This document shows, piece after piece, positions 13,180-26,240 of a DNA stretch of 64,000 nucleotides (within the stretch, counting starts at the first letter, position 1; every line of letters begins with the position of its first letter). The stretch comes from Octopus vulgaris (lineage: Eukaryota): contig OX597824.1 in NCBI GenBank assembly GCA_951406725.2, positions 10,230,001 to 10,294,000 of the forward strand, read 5' to 3'. Below the pieces are notes generated by a model. That model made no database searches. It was given only the letters and a program-made list of their open reading frames with translations, and was not told the DNA's origin. Made by a program: the position numbers and the translations under genes.

Positions 13180-13662
13180 AGTTTCTGTCTACCAAATCTA
13201 CTCACAAGGATTTGGTCAGCCCAAAGCTATAGTTGAAGACACTTGTCCAAGGTGTCACGCAGTGTGACTGAACCCAGAACCATGTGGTTGGAAGCAAGCT
13301 ACTTTCCACAGAGCCACTCCTGTACTTGTATGTATAGTTTAAGATACATAAGAGCTTCTTTCAGTTTCCATCTACCAAATCCACTCACAAGGATTTGGTC
13401 AGCCTGAGGCTATAGTAGAAGACACTTGTTCAGGGTGTCATGCAGTGGGATTGAACCCAGAACCATGTGGTTGGGAAGCAAGCTTCTTACCACACAACCA
13501 CTCCATCAACTCCAGTGTTTCACTGGTACTCAATTTATCGACCCTCAAAAGGATGAAAGGCAAAGTTAACCTTGGCGGAATTTGAACTCAGAATGTAAAG
13601 ACAGATGAAATGCTGCTAAGTATTTCACCCAGTGTGCTAACGATTCTTCTAGCTCACCCACT
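13180..13662 (-). mobile_element. Two SINE A head fragments plus a SINE B fragment
   Basis: Duplicated ctcacaaggatttggtcagcc...gaacccagaaccatgtgg, followed by the SINE B core. Confidence 0.75.
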
Positions 13663-13667
13663 TAATG

Positions 13668-13712
<45 letters not shown>

Positions 13713-13727
13713 GTAATAATAATAATC

Positions 13728-14263
13728 AATGTCCTGATGCAGTACCAGGCAGTGGCTCTTGTGGCTTCTGATCTTAACTGATTGGAAGTGTTATCATGTA
13801 CATTGTTTTGTCTTGGTATAAAAGATGGGCTACAGTAAATATTCTGCTCAATACCACAGATTTGCTTGTCAGTTGTTTGACCATAACCCGTTGAGCATGT
13901 CCCTTAGTGGCTGACGATATGTGCATCTCTGATCAGGAGCAGAAGTAGTTGGGGAGCATCATAGCCATGTGTTGAGAGGGATTCTTTGGGGTTTAGATAA
14001 TTCACGTTTGGAAACATGGGAGGCTCTTTCAACATCCTTAAACAACCCTTATTCAGGGACCTTTTGAGTGGGATGGGCTACTCAACCACAAGAAAATTCT
14101 AACTGGGCCCCACCTGCAAGGTCCTGCGGTGTTTATCTTGATACGAGATCACCATGTCATGCACACATTTGGTTGTGATGCATGTACCTAGTGTACCCTT
14201 ATCACTGGGCTTTGTATATTTTACCCCAGTGTCACTTTGATGGCATGCACTGCTCTCTCACTC

Positions 14264-14265
<2 letters not shown>
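13728..14265 (+). mobile_element. LINE-like 3' end embedded in (AAT)n; second copy at 30248-30480
   Basis: Flanked by (AAT)n on both sides; 14050-14265 matches 30248-30480. Confidence 0.7.
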
Positions 14266-14309
<44 letters not shown>

Positions 14310-14311
<2 letters not shown>

Positions 14312-14522
14312 CTTTCTACTAAAGGCACAAAGCCTGAAATTTTGTGGCAAGGGATTAGTCAATTATATCGACCCCAGTACATAACTGATACATATTTCAT
14401 TAACCCCAAAAGGATGAAAGGCAAAGTTCACCTTGGTAGAATTTGAACTCAGAATTCAGCGATGGGTGAAATACTGCTAAGCATTTTGCTTGGCATGCTA
14501 ACGATTTTGCCGGCTCACCACC

Positions 14523-14525
<3 letters not shown>
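14310..14525 (-). mobile_element. SINE family B within (AAT)n
   Basis: Core aaaggatgaaaggcaaagtt...gaactcag. Confidence 0.75.
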
Positions 14526-14565
<40 letters not shown>

Positions 14566-14808
14566 GATTGTCTTAACTGGTACATCACACATATTGAGAA
14601 GAGCATTGTTGCTGTGAGAGCTGTTACTGCCCATGTATTTTAATTTAACCTTAAAAAAAAAAAAAAATGAACAAACTATTGAGTTTGGTTTAATGGCCTA
14701 CCAATGTATACTATGAGTTTCTTTGCCCTAGGAGTCGGGAAGACACTCGGCAAGAAATGGAAGCAAATTTGAAAGAAGAAAAAAAAAAAAAATAATAATA
14801 ATGATAAT

Positions 14809-14858
<50 letters not shown>

Positions 14859-16469
14859 TAACAACAATTACTGTTGTTGTTAATAATGATAACGATGCTG
14901 ATGCTGATGATGCTGATGATGATGTGCTTAAATATAGTTCTGTTGATAAAAGTATAAAATAATGAAAAATATATTTATAAAACGTAAAAAGATAAAAAGT
15001 CAAAAATAGTTATGACAAGCAATAGATTTAGGAAGGTGGTTGGGAAGGTAAGGGGATTGGGGTGTAGGGGTCGTGTGGAAGAGGCGGGGGGAATTAGGGA
15101 GAGGAGGTTGGGAAGGGGGGGTAGAGGGGAGAGGATCAGCAGCGAGGAAAGTGAAATGTTTTTAATGGATGCATGTTAACTGCTTTACAAATGTAAATTA
15201 CGGATTCAAGACAAATAAGAACATGATAAGGAAGATAAGTCAGGGAATATCAAATATTGCTGATGGTGTATATATACACATGTGCATGCGTGCTCACACA
15301 CTGACACATGTGCAGCAATACCTACAAATAAAAGTACGGAAGTACAGAGGGGACTAAGATATATAGTTTTCAGTTCTGTCTCGCAGTACAGCACCTAGGG
15401 CAAGTCTCTTCTACTTTAGCCCTGGGCCAAACAATGTTTGCAAATGAACTAGATAGAAACCTGTAGCATATATATACATGTATACATACATATATATTTC
15501 TTCACTACCCACAAGGGGCTAAACACAGAGGAGACAAACAAGGACAGACAAATGGATTAAGTCGATTACATTAAGTCGATAAATTAAGTACTAGTTGCGT
15601 ATTGGGGTCGATCTAATCGACTGGCCCCCTCCCCAGAAATTTCGGGCCTTGTGCCTAGAGTAGAAAAGATTATGGTTATACGTTCCATCTCCCTGCACTT
15701 TTGTAGTGCTGGGATAAGGTGTTCCTCACTTGTAATATAGTAAAGCATTGGTGATATTAAAACAATCCAAGCATAAAAATACTATCTCGCATGAGCACTC
15801 AACCAATCAATGAACACTCAAATGAGCATTCAACCAACATAGAAAAAGAAACAAAGGAAATAACAGATGTTTAATGAAGAAACCAATATGAATAGATTTG
15901 TTCATATGATTCAAAGATCCAGTCTTGTTATGAACCATATCTCATTGTGTCTGCCTAGAGATAACTTTTGGAGTACATACGAATGAGAATTAATTAACCA
16001 TTCTCATTAGAGTGTAATGGGTAAACAGTCTTAAGATAACCCTGCTTTTCAAGCCCATATAGGATTATACAGTGGACCCAAAAGTGCTGTCTGCCATAAA
16101 AGTGTCACCTAGGTCAGACTGCACCCATTGCTTCCCCCCAACCCCCAGCTATGCTACTGGTCCATACCTGTTATGCAAAATTCAAAGAGCCATCCTTGTT
16201 TCATACAACACTGTATCATGCTGATGATTTCTTCTTAGAATTACATTAAGTTGCTGCATGTCTGTGGAATACTCAACCACAAACATGCTAATTAAACTGC
16301 TATGAAGATCAATTGGTCCAACCACTGGAACACTCATTGCTGAAACTAACAAAGTTTCATTCATTTTTAGACGAGCAATGAATATTAGTTATTAAGTACT
16401 ATGTGTGTTAACCCTATACAATTCAAATACAATGTAATGCTTATATAGTCATTTTTTTTTCTCGCCCTT

Positions 16470-16765
16470 TTCAAGCCTAACCAGGCTCATGGGCTCAGTT
16501 TCCCAGTTTCTGTGGCATATGGGATCCCCCCAGCTGGACAGGACACCAGTTCATCGTAGCGTTACTCAAGAAACAGGAAGAAAGAGTGAGAGATAGTCGG
16601 GGCGAAAGAGTACAACAGGGGTCGCCACCCCCTCCTGCCGGAGCCTCGTGGAGCTTTAGATATTTTCACTCAATAAACACACACAATGCCTGGTCTGGGA
16701 ATCAAAACCACGATCCTCTGACCGCGAGTCCACTGCCCTAACCACTGGGTCATTGCGTCTTCACA
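16470..16765 (-). mobile_element. tRNA-derived SINE family D (possibly OR1/OR2-related)
   Basis: Reverse complement gives ccagtggttagggcagtggactcgcggtc...gattcccagacc; related copies at 21808-22060, 32235-32485 and 43932-44196. Confidence 0.75.
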
Positions 16766-17266
16766 TATAGTCATATTCTGAATTAATCATGCATTACCTT
16801 GTAGCTCTGAGACTTCAATGATGTGATTGTTTAGGTTTAAAATGTCAATGTAGGCTAATCATGAGAGATATGATTTGGTTCATTTGAACTTAAAACAGGT
16901 GCAATATTTGACCCTGATATGGCCGATATAAATACTAAAGAGTTAATAATAACCAGTTAAGTTTACCTGTTAAATTGAAACAGTTTGATCAGGTGACAAA
17001 TGAAATACCTTCCTTACTCAGGAGCTGACAACAATAAGGTCACATTGTTTAGTTATCATCTCCCACTCACCTTAAACTCCAACAATTTTGTTATCTCTGG
17101 TTTAAGATCTGCATACCTTTCTGTCCTTTATTTACCAATTTGTTGTAAGCTAATAGAGTTTAAAGCTTCACAGATTATTGTACAAATGTTAGCATCATTT
17201 TGTTTTATTCATATATATATATATATATATATATTTAAAAAAAGGAGATGTCGAACACGAGTGGTG

Positions 17267-17462
17267 ATATATAAAAAAGGAAATGAAGAAAATGCTGACA
17301 AATAATTGAAGTAATTTAAGTAATTTAATTAGGTGAAAGTTCTTTTTACCGGTTGCGCATTTGTTATGCTTATCAAGCATAACAAATGCGCAACCGTAAA
17401 AAGAACTTTCACCTAATTAAATTACTTAAATTACTTCAATTATTTGTCAGCATTTTTCATTT

Positions 17463-17476
<14 letters not shown>
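17267..17476. repeat. Near-perfect hairpin, ~103-bp arms, 3-nt loop, in (TA)n
   Basis: ...gcgcatttgttatgctt ATC aagcataacaaatgcgc...; only two small indels between the arms. Confidence 0.95.
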
Positions 17477-17507
<31 letters not shown>

Positions 17508-17553
17508 CACACCTTCCCACACAAATATACATATAAATAGATAGGTTTGTATA

Positions 17554-17601
<48 letters not shown>

Positions 17602-17602
<1 letters not shown>

Positions 17603-18160
17603 TCTTTTTACTTTGTTTCAGACATTTAACTGTGGCCATGCTGGAGCACCGCCTTTAGTCGAGCAAATCGACCCCAGGACTTATTCTTTGTAAGCCTAGT
17701 ACTTGTTCTATCGGTCTCTTTTGCTGAACCACTAAGTTACAGGGACATAAACACACCAACATCGGTTGTCAAGCAATGTTGGGGGAACAAACACATACAC
17801 ACAAACATATACACACATATATATACATATATACGATGGTCTTCTTTCAGTTTCCATCTACCAAATCCACTCACAAGGCTTTGGTTGGTCCAAGACTATA
17901 GTAGAAGACACTTGCCCAAGGTGCCATACAGTGGGACTGAACCCGGAATCATGTGGTTGGTAAGCAAGTTACTTACTACACAGCCACTCCTGCATATATA
18001 TATATCATCATCATCATCATCATCATTTAATGTCCACTTTCCATGCTAGCATGGGTTGGACGATTTGACTGAGGACTGGCGAACCAGATGGCTGCACCAG
18101 GCTCCAATCTTTATCTGGCAAAGTTTCTACAGCTGGATGCCCTTCCTAACGCCAACCACT
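17602..18160 (-). mobile_element. SINE A followed by an RTE tail fragment
   Basis: 17602-17992 matches SINE A; 18006-18160 matches the RTE 3' end. Confidence 0.85.
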
Positions 18161-18193
18161 CATATATATATATATATATATACTTACATATGT

Positions 18194-18242
<49 letters not shown>

Positions 18243-18263
18243 TGTCTGTCTGTCTGTCTGTCG

Positions 18264-19300
18264 GTATGGACTAAAACTGTTTGATTCAAATCTTACGCTA
18301 CTTAAAATTCATGAAGCTTGTTGGTCAGTGGAAATTTCCACTGACCAACGATTAGCTTCACAAACTTCAAGTAGCACAGAATTTGACTCAAACTGTTTTG
18401 ATCCATACATGTAATTCCAATAAATGTGCTGAGTGCCCTTCTTTCATTTGTCAGCTCACTCGTATGTATACAACAATGACTGCACCATGCACAGGGACGA
18501 AAATATTACTGACACCACCACCATCGCCAGCAGTGACACCAACACCAACAGCAGCATCCCCAACTCCATCAGCAACAATGGCAGCAGCAAGTGCAGTAGG
18601 AACAGCACCAACAACAACAGCAACAAGTGCACTGACATCATGTGCCCACAGAAATACATGGGATGCACTAGGAATTCTTCAGAGTCCCGGAAAGGAGATA
18701 TATGACATTGCTGGCCAGCCATGTCTGGCAACTAAGAGACAAAGGGATACCATACTTGACTGCATGGAAAACACTTGAGAACCCAGGTCCCTACATCAAC
18801 AAGACAAAACGTTGTAAGTTATGCATTGTCAAATGCACGAGAATCCTAAAAGACTCACTCATACCAGGGAACATTCTGAACTCCAGGATGGAGATTTTCA
18901 GGCCATGCTTGCATTTTAGAATATTCCTGCTAGTCTTTTAGAATTGGTAAGGCGATGCTACAGCTGGAAGCCAAAAGCCAAGGTCGAAGGGAGATAGTCA
19001 TTTACCTTCATGGCCCTTTGGTGACTGCAAGATGGCGGCATGGCCAAAGCTTGATGACCAATGGCAAAGGGAGATAATGACCTAGTTTTTACCTTTATAA
19101 TGAGACATTTCCCCCTCCATACTTTGAAGAGGTCTTAGGCCAGCAGTGTTTGGGGTCTGAAGATAGGCCATAAGGCTAAACCCCTTATGAGTGAGAAAGC
19201 CAGGGTAACCCCATAAACCAGCCTCCCCCATTATAATATTAACTGCTCTACATCTTAGAGAGTGCTTCCCTTCTGAATTTATGTATTTCTTCAAATGATA
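18264..19300 (+). mobile_element. Penelope-like element 3' part (decayed GIY-YIG endonuclease and 3' UTR) with inverted 5' end
   Basis: QKYMGCTRNS (YIG-like) and LASHVWQLRDKGIPY...KTKRCKLC...NILNSRMEIFRPCLH (ORF 18702-18941) resemble the PLE endonuclease C-terminus; 18264-18335 is an inverted copy of 18336-18408; the 3' UTR recurs at 49800-49945. Confidence 0.75.
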
Positions 19301-19321
19301 CACACACACACACACATATAT

Positions 19322-20005
19322 ATTAATAATTAAGGGTACTATCAGGTAGTACTGGCATGCTAAATATAGCAGTCAAAATGAGGAAACCACAAATTTCCAC
19401 TTAGACACCAAGGTGAAAGCAGGTAAATGAATAAAAATCCTGGTTTGATCATTTTGACTGCTATATTTAGCATGCTGGTACTGCTTGTTATTACCCTTAA
19501 TTATAATTGATCATTTTTTACTGTAATGGGTTTTTTACACATGCTAAGTCACTGATATTATTATAAACAACAATATTCTCATATGTATTTAAATAATTTT
19601 TATTCATTTCGATCAACTTTTTTTAAATTTGCTGCGACATTAAAAACAGTCATCGTACACATTGATGAGATGAATAATCTCTATAACCCAGGGTCAGTAA
19701 GACTCCCTGAAGAGGATCTAAGAGTTTTTCTCAAAGTTCAAAATCATGGTGATATGGGTATGTCTGGCTTTTCCAATTTTTGATTATTTTCGTCATTGGT
19801 ACGGGGTTTTAGGATTCCTATTCATTTGCCCATTTTCACCTTTGTGTTTAAGTGAAAACTTGTGGTTTGGTAATTTTCCCTGGTATATTTAGCATACCAG
19901 TACTGCTTGTTAATACCCTTAATTATTAACTGATAATTTTTTTACTGTTATACTTTTTTTATGCATGCTAATCCAATGGTGTTATTATAAACAATAATAT
20001 TCTCA
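19322..20005 (+). mobile_element. PLE-like non-coding element: inverted segment plus pseudo-LTR direct repeat
   Basis: 19326-19440 is inverted relative to 19811-19926; 19441-19580 is directly repeated at 19862-20005; flanked by TA-rich tracts. Confidence 0.65.
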
Positions 20006-20009
20006 AAAA

Positions 20010-20051
<42 letters not shown>

Positions 20052-20057
<6 letters not shown>

Positions 20058-20250
20058 AATATTTTATAATTATAAACATAATTATAATTTGGGTTTAGCT
20101 AATTGCTTCACCACATACCAAATTTAGAAATAGAAATTAAAATAGTAGTAGAAAAGGAATTTTAATTTCTATTTCTAAATTTGGTATGTTGTGAAGCAAT
20201 TAGCCGAACCCAAATTATAATTATGTTTATAATTATAAAATATTTGTATA
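20052..20250. repeat. Hairpin, ~92-bp arms, 15-nt loop, in (TA)n
   Basis: acaaatattttataattataaac...aaattaaaat / attttaattt...ataaaatatttgt. Confidence 0.95.
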
Positions 20251-20379
20251 ATTTTACCTATAAAGGTTATGTTAACATACTGATCTACTTGGGGAAATTA
20301 TTAATTAACTGATTGATTAATTAATTAATTTAATTAATAAATTTTACCCTTTTATTATATATATATATATATATAACAT

Positions 20380-20644
20380 TATCATCATCATCATCATTTA
20401 ACGTCCGTTTTCCATGCTAGCATGGGTTGTACGGTTCGACTGGGGTCTGATAAGCCATGGAAGTTGCACCAGGCTCTAGTCTGATTTGGCAGTGTTTCTA
20501 CAGCTGGATGCCCTTCCTAACGCCAACCGCTCCATGAGTGTAGTGGGTGTTTTTTACATGCCACTGGCACAGGGGCCAGAGCAGGCTGGCAAATGGCCAT
20601 GATCGGTTGGTGCTTTTACGTGTCACTGACACGTATATGTATAT

Positions 20645-20676
<32 letters not shown>

Positions 20677-20815
20677 GCACACATACAATGGCCTTCTTTC
20701 AGTTTCGATGTTTGGGGCTAAAGTAAAAAAACACTAACCCAAGGTGCCAAGCAGTGTGGCTAAACCCAGGAATCATATGGTTGAGAAGCAAGCTTCTAAC
20801 CACACAGCCATGCCT
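20380..20815 (-). mobile_element. RTE tail fragment adjoining a SINE A head
   Basis: Similarity to the families above. Confidence 0.7.
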
Positions 20816-21287
20816 GGTTTATACTATGTATACATATTTATATGTTTATGTTTTATCACTCCATTTCATGATCAAATAAAATCTTGTGTTGCAATTAGTG
20901 AATAATGTACAGAACCATTTTCCTATGTAAAACAGTTTTACAACCTCCTCAACACAGCTTGTATTATATATTTTACAATAGTTTTTATTTTGTTTCTTAC
21001 AATCGCTAATGAAACTACACTGGGGGTATTTATATACATTACCGCAACACTGACAAGATAATCAACCTTAAACAGATTAATTTTAAATCACACTTTTTTT
21101 GATAGCTTTGATAAAGAACTTTATATCTTTATGAGTAGATGATTAATATTGTTAACAATGAACAAAAAAGAAATCTAACTCTCATGGATAAAATTTCATT
21201 GCCATGTAACATACTCACTTTTACAATAAATTTCTTATCACTTCTGCCCTTGAAGAGACCTCAAATGGATTCTAAAATAACACCATT

Positions 21288-21312
21288 ATCATCATCATCA
21301 TTATTGTCGTCG

Positions 21313-21343
<31 letters not shown>

Positions 21344-21374
21344 TACCATCATCATCACCAACATCATCATCATT

Positions 21375-21416
<42 letters not shown>

Positions 21417-21535
21417 GTCGTCATCGTCATCGTCATCATCGTTGTCGTCGTCATCATCATCGTCATCATCGTCGTCATCATCATCATCATCATCATCATC
21501 AGCATCATCATCACCATCATCATCATCATCATCAT
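21288..21535. repeat. (ATC)n microsatellite
   Basis: Direct reading. Confidence 0.95.
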
Positions 21536-21807
21536 TTAACTATTCACACTTTTCCATGCTTGCATGTTGTTGGACAGTATTTACTGAATCAGATTTTCTA
21601 CAGTCAGATGCTCTTCCTGTTGCTAACCCTTATCTTTTTCCAAGCAAATTAATATTTTCCCTTTGGCCAGACATGATTTCACGGAATATAGGAACTGAAC
21701 AATGTTCATTTACAATAATGACACGGCGTCAAGACAAGGAGACACAAACATAGAAACACACACATATATATATGTATACAAATATATACATAAACATACA
21801 TAAATGT

Positions 21808-22060
21808 GTTGAGGCACATGGCCTAGTGGTTTGAGCAGTGGACTCGTGGTCGAGGGATCGCAGGTTTGAATCTCAGACTGAGCAATGTGTGTGTTTATGA
21901 GCGAAACACCTAAGCTTCACATGGCTCCGACAGAAGGTAATGGCGAACTTCTACTGACTTTCTCTCACTCTTTCCTCCTGCATCTTGCAGCTCACCTGCG
22001 ACGGACTGGCGTCCCATCCAGGTGGGGAACCTATAAGCCAAGGAAACCAGGAAACCGGCA
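21808..22060 (+). mobile_element. SINE family D
   Basis: gaggcacatggcctagtggt...gactggcgtcccatccagg...ggaaacc. Confidence 0.75.
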
Positions 22061-22520
22061 CTGATGAAGGAACAAACAAAAAAATACATGGTGTGTTTGA
22101 GTATAAGGGCTTTTCAGCTCTTATTTCTAGCAATGGATGTGCTACCCTGCACCCTCAGTCTCAGTATGAGAAGTTTGCTAAATCAACCATAAACTCAAAT
22201 GGTAACTATATATACTGACAGTTGGGATTTAGCTTAGCCATCTGGCCACAGAGTAGTAACTACTGATGAGTTTGTAATTTTCAAACAAAACCACTGTACA
22301 GTGATCTTGTTTGCTGTGGGATAGTTATCTCCCCTGTCAGTATATAAAATGTGCTTACTGCAGCTGTAAGGGTTTTTTAGCTGTTGTTTCTAGCAATATA
22401 GGCGCTATCCTGCACCCTCAATCACGGCTAGAGACAATTGAATTTTGCCTCTTTGGTTTTGTATTGCATATAGCTGCCTTCATTATTTTGTATATATCAT
22501 CATCATCATCATTATCATCA

Positions 22521-22686
22521 GACGTAGGAGTGGCTGTGTGGTAAGTAGCTTGCTTACGAACCACATGGTTCTGGGTTCAGTCCAACTGTGTGGCACCTTG
22601 GGCAAGTGTCTTCTACTATAGTCTCAGGCCCACCAAAGCCTTGTGAGTAGATTTGGTAGACAAAAAACTGAAAGAAGCCCATCGTA

Positions 22687-22736
<50 letters not shown>

Positions 22737-22970
22737 TGTGTTTGTATATGTTTGTGTGTCTGTGTTTGTTCTCCCCAACATCGCTTGACAACCGATGCTG
22801 GTGTGTTTACGTCCCCGTAAATTAGCGGTTCAGCAAAAAGAGACTGATAGAATAAGTACTAGGCTTACAAAGAATAAGTCCTGGGGTCAATTTACTTGAC
22901 TAAAAGCGGTGCTCCAGCATGGCCACAGTCACATGACTGAAACAAGTAATAGAGTAAAAGAGTAAAAGAA
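22521..22970 (+). mobile_element. SINE family A, full-length
   Basis: Matches 1411-1850. Confidence 0.9.
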
Positions 22971-23417
22971 TGTGTGTGTCATATACAAGTAAGTATGTGA
23001 ATGTTTGTATGTGTGAACCAGCGTTCTTTCAGTAACAAACAATGATGAATATCACATCTCAAAAGACAATCACTAGATAACACTGACAAGAGTATTAATT
23101 TGATTTACCATCCATATTCATATATAAAGTACAACAATTAGCTGTCGTTTTTGACAGCACGGGGCCAGCTAGTAATAATATAATTTTCAAACAGCATCAC
23201 TCGATAATAATATTATAGCAATTTTTCCACCATATTGCCAACAGACAAAGACCTTGCAGTTTGGAAGATAGTTTCCCAGTCATGTAACATTATGTTCAGA
23301 TTCACTGGATGGCACCGTAGGCAGGTGTCTTCTGCTATAGCCTCGGGTTCTTCAAAACCTTGTGAGTAAATTTGGTTGATGGAAACTGAATGAAGCCTGC
23401 CATTCATTCTTTCATGC

Positions 23418-23955
23418 AAGTATGTACGTATATATATATGTATGTATGTACGTATGTATGTATGTATGCATATATGTATGTATGTGTGCATGTATGCATA
23501 TGCATGTATGTATGTACATATGTACGTATGTATGTATGTATGTGTGCATGTATGCATATGTATGTGTGTATGTATGCATGTATGTATGCATGCATGTATG
23601 TATGCATGTATGTATGCATGCATGTATGTATGCATGCATGTATGCATGCATGTATGCATGCATGTATGTATGCATGTATGTATGTATGTATGTGTACATA
23701 TATGCATATGCATGTGTGTATGAATGTATGCATGCATGTATGTATGTATGTATGTATGTATGTATATATGTATGCATGTGTGTATGTATTCATAGATGTA
23801 TGGATGTATGAATATATGCATGCATGTATGTATGTATTGCACCAATATTACAATATCATGCCATTAAATGACAATGATGATGATGATAATGATGATGATG
23901 ATAATGATGATGACAATGACGACAACGATGATGATGATGAAGATGACGATGATTG
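23418..23955. repeat. (TATG/TGCA)n then (GAT)n low-complexity tracts
   Basis: Direct reading. Confidence 0.95.
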
Positions 23956-24337
23956 CTACTACATTGCTTTATATCAATATTATAACATTATTAATTCGTT
24001 ATTACAGCAGAAACTAAAACTTGTCCTACATAACTGATGACCTTGAAATGATGTATAAAAAAAAGAAAGCAAAAAGAAAAGTCTTTCTATCAAATATCAA
24101 AAATGTTTTTGATGGTTATCTATATATAGGAATCTGAGAATGTGTGTGTGTGTGTGTGTTTCTGTGTGTGTGTGTTTCTGTGTATATGTGTGCATCACTA
24201 AAACTTGAGAACTACCCAACCATGGGCCACAAAAGTTTTCAACTTCTTGCCTAATGTGAGCCCAGACCAATTTCTTAGACTGCCTCGGTATCATGTGTCA
24301 AAAGTGAAACAATAACATCTCTATTGCAATGTATTTA

Positions 24338-24973
24338 TACGATTCTACAATTTAAATTCCCAATTCAACTAACTTACTTCTTAAATTTCAACTCCCGATC
24401 GATGTCCGCAGCAAGTTCTTTAAAAATTTATCTTAATATTTCCATTCGTTGTTACTACGTTTATTCATACATTGTTACGAAAATTTAACCTTTTAAGGCT
24501 ACTTTCAAGCCTTCGCCATAACTTGATTTATCTTTCTATCTCTCTCTCTACAAAATTTAACCTTAGGCGAGGCTACCTCAAGCCGTAATCCCATCTCTTC
24601 CCATCTCTTCCCATCTTTCAGCCATCTTTCAGCCATCTTTCAGCCATTGGCGGTCTTTTTTTTCCTCCTCTTACCATTACGATTCTACAATTTAAATTCC
24701 CAATTCAACTAACTTACTTCTTAAATTTCAACTCCCGATCGATGTCCGCAGCAAGTTCTTTAAAAATTTATCTTAATATTTCCATTCGTTGTTACTACGT
24801 TTATTCATACATTGTTACGAAAATTTAACCTTTTAAGGCTACTTTCAAGCCTTCGCCATAACTTGATTTATCTTTCTATCTCTCTCTCTACAAAATTTAA
24901 CCTTAGGCGAGGCTACCTCAAGCCGTAATCCCATCTCTTCCCATCTTTCAGCCATCTTTCAGCCATTGGCGGT
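24338..24973. repeat. Near-identical tandem duplication (~300 bp x2)
   Basis: 24338-24654 and 24678-24973 differ only in the number of ccatctcttc / ccatctttcag units. Confidence 0.95.
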
Positions 24974-25699
24974 GCGCCCGCCCCCCACCCCCACCACCAA
25001 TACCGATGAACACTGTTCTCACCCCCACCACCAATACCGGTGAACACTGTTCTCACCGCCAACACCACCAATACTGGTGAACACTGTTCCTCACCCCCCA
25101 CCACCAATACCAGTATACCCTGTCCTCACCATCTACACCGGATACGCCTTACTCATCTACACCGGGTAAGCCCTACTCCCTCCTCCTCCCCCCACTACCC
25201 CTTCTCCTCATATGCTTTCACTGTGAAAAGACAAGCTGCTAGCGCCATAGCTCATCAACTGCCCACCGATCTTACGCTTCCTCCGGACACTGCTTCATTC
25301 CGACTATCCCCCTTTAGCACCCTCCCGCCTCGTAATATCCTACGTTTTTATTTCTTAGGAACCTACACCAACCCTTCCTGCCATCGTTCCTCCTTACCCC
25401 AACCTTCCCCACTGGTTGCTCCCCTATATTACCCACCTCAACTGGACCCCCCTCCCCAACTCAACTCTAGAATATCTGTATTCTTTCCTCTACCTAATAA
25501 CGTTACTCAGTGACGATAACGAATGTCTTTATTTCTTAGGAACCTACACCAACCCTTCCTTACTCAGTGACGATAAATGCTGTGACTACAAAGACCTGGG
25601 CTGCTTTCTGCAGCAATTCCACATACCCCCTACTCATTCTAAGTACCCCAGATCCCCAAAGTACCCTGGATCCCCAAAGTACCCCGGACCTCGTTGCCC

Positions 25700-25965
25700 C
25701 CGTGCCGCTGACATGTTAAAATGCTCGAACCGATCGTGACGATGCCGGACCCTCCGGCCCCTGTGCAGGTGGCACGTAAAAGCACCCAATCCACTCACGG
25801 AGTGGTTGGCGTTAGGAAGGGCATCCAGCCGTAGAAACTCTGCCAGATTCAGACTGGAGCCTGGTGCGGCCCCTGGCTTCCCAGACCCGGTCAAACCGTC
25901 CAACCCGTCTAGCGCGGAAAGCGGACGTTAAACGATGATGATATACATACACATATATATATATA

Positions 25966-26004
<39 letters not shown>

Positions 26005-26240
26005 TATGTATATATATATCTACATATGATATATATATATATCCTGTGCGGGTGGCACGTAAAAAGCACCCATTACACTCACGGAGTGGTTGGCGTTAGG
26101 AAGGGCATCCAGCCGTAGAAACACTGCCAGATTTGACTGGGCCTGATGAAGCCTTCTGGCTTCACATACCCCAGTAGAACCGTCCAACCCATGCTAGCAT
26201 GGAAAACGGACGCTAAACGATGATGATGATGATGATGATA
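25700..26240 (+). mobile_element. Two RTE-type 3' tails separated by (TA)n
   Basis: gtggcacgtaaaa...ggaagggcatccagccgtagaaac...aaacgatgatg occurs twice. Confidence 0.8.

Noticed and set aside
17267-17476. Hairpins as pre-miRNAs
   Set aside because: Arms are too long and too perfect and are tied to (TA)n and TE context; small-RNA production cannot be judged from sequence.
21219-21271. Host selenoprotein exon with in-frame TGA
   Set aside because: No similarity to a selenoprotein family I recognise and no SECIS identified.
24975-25105. CRISPR-like regularly spaced ~33-bp repeats
   Set aside because: Tandem units without unique spacers, no cas genes, eukaryotic context.
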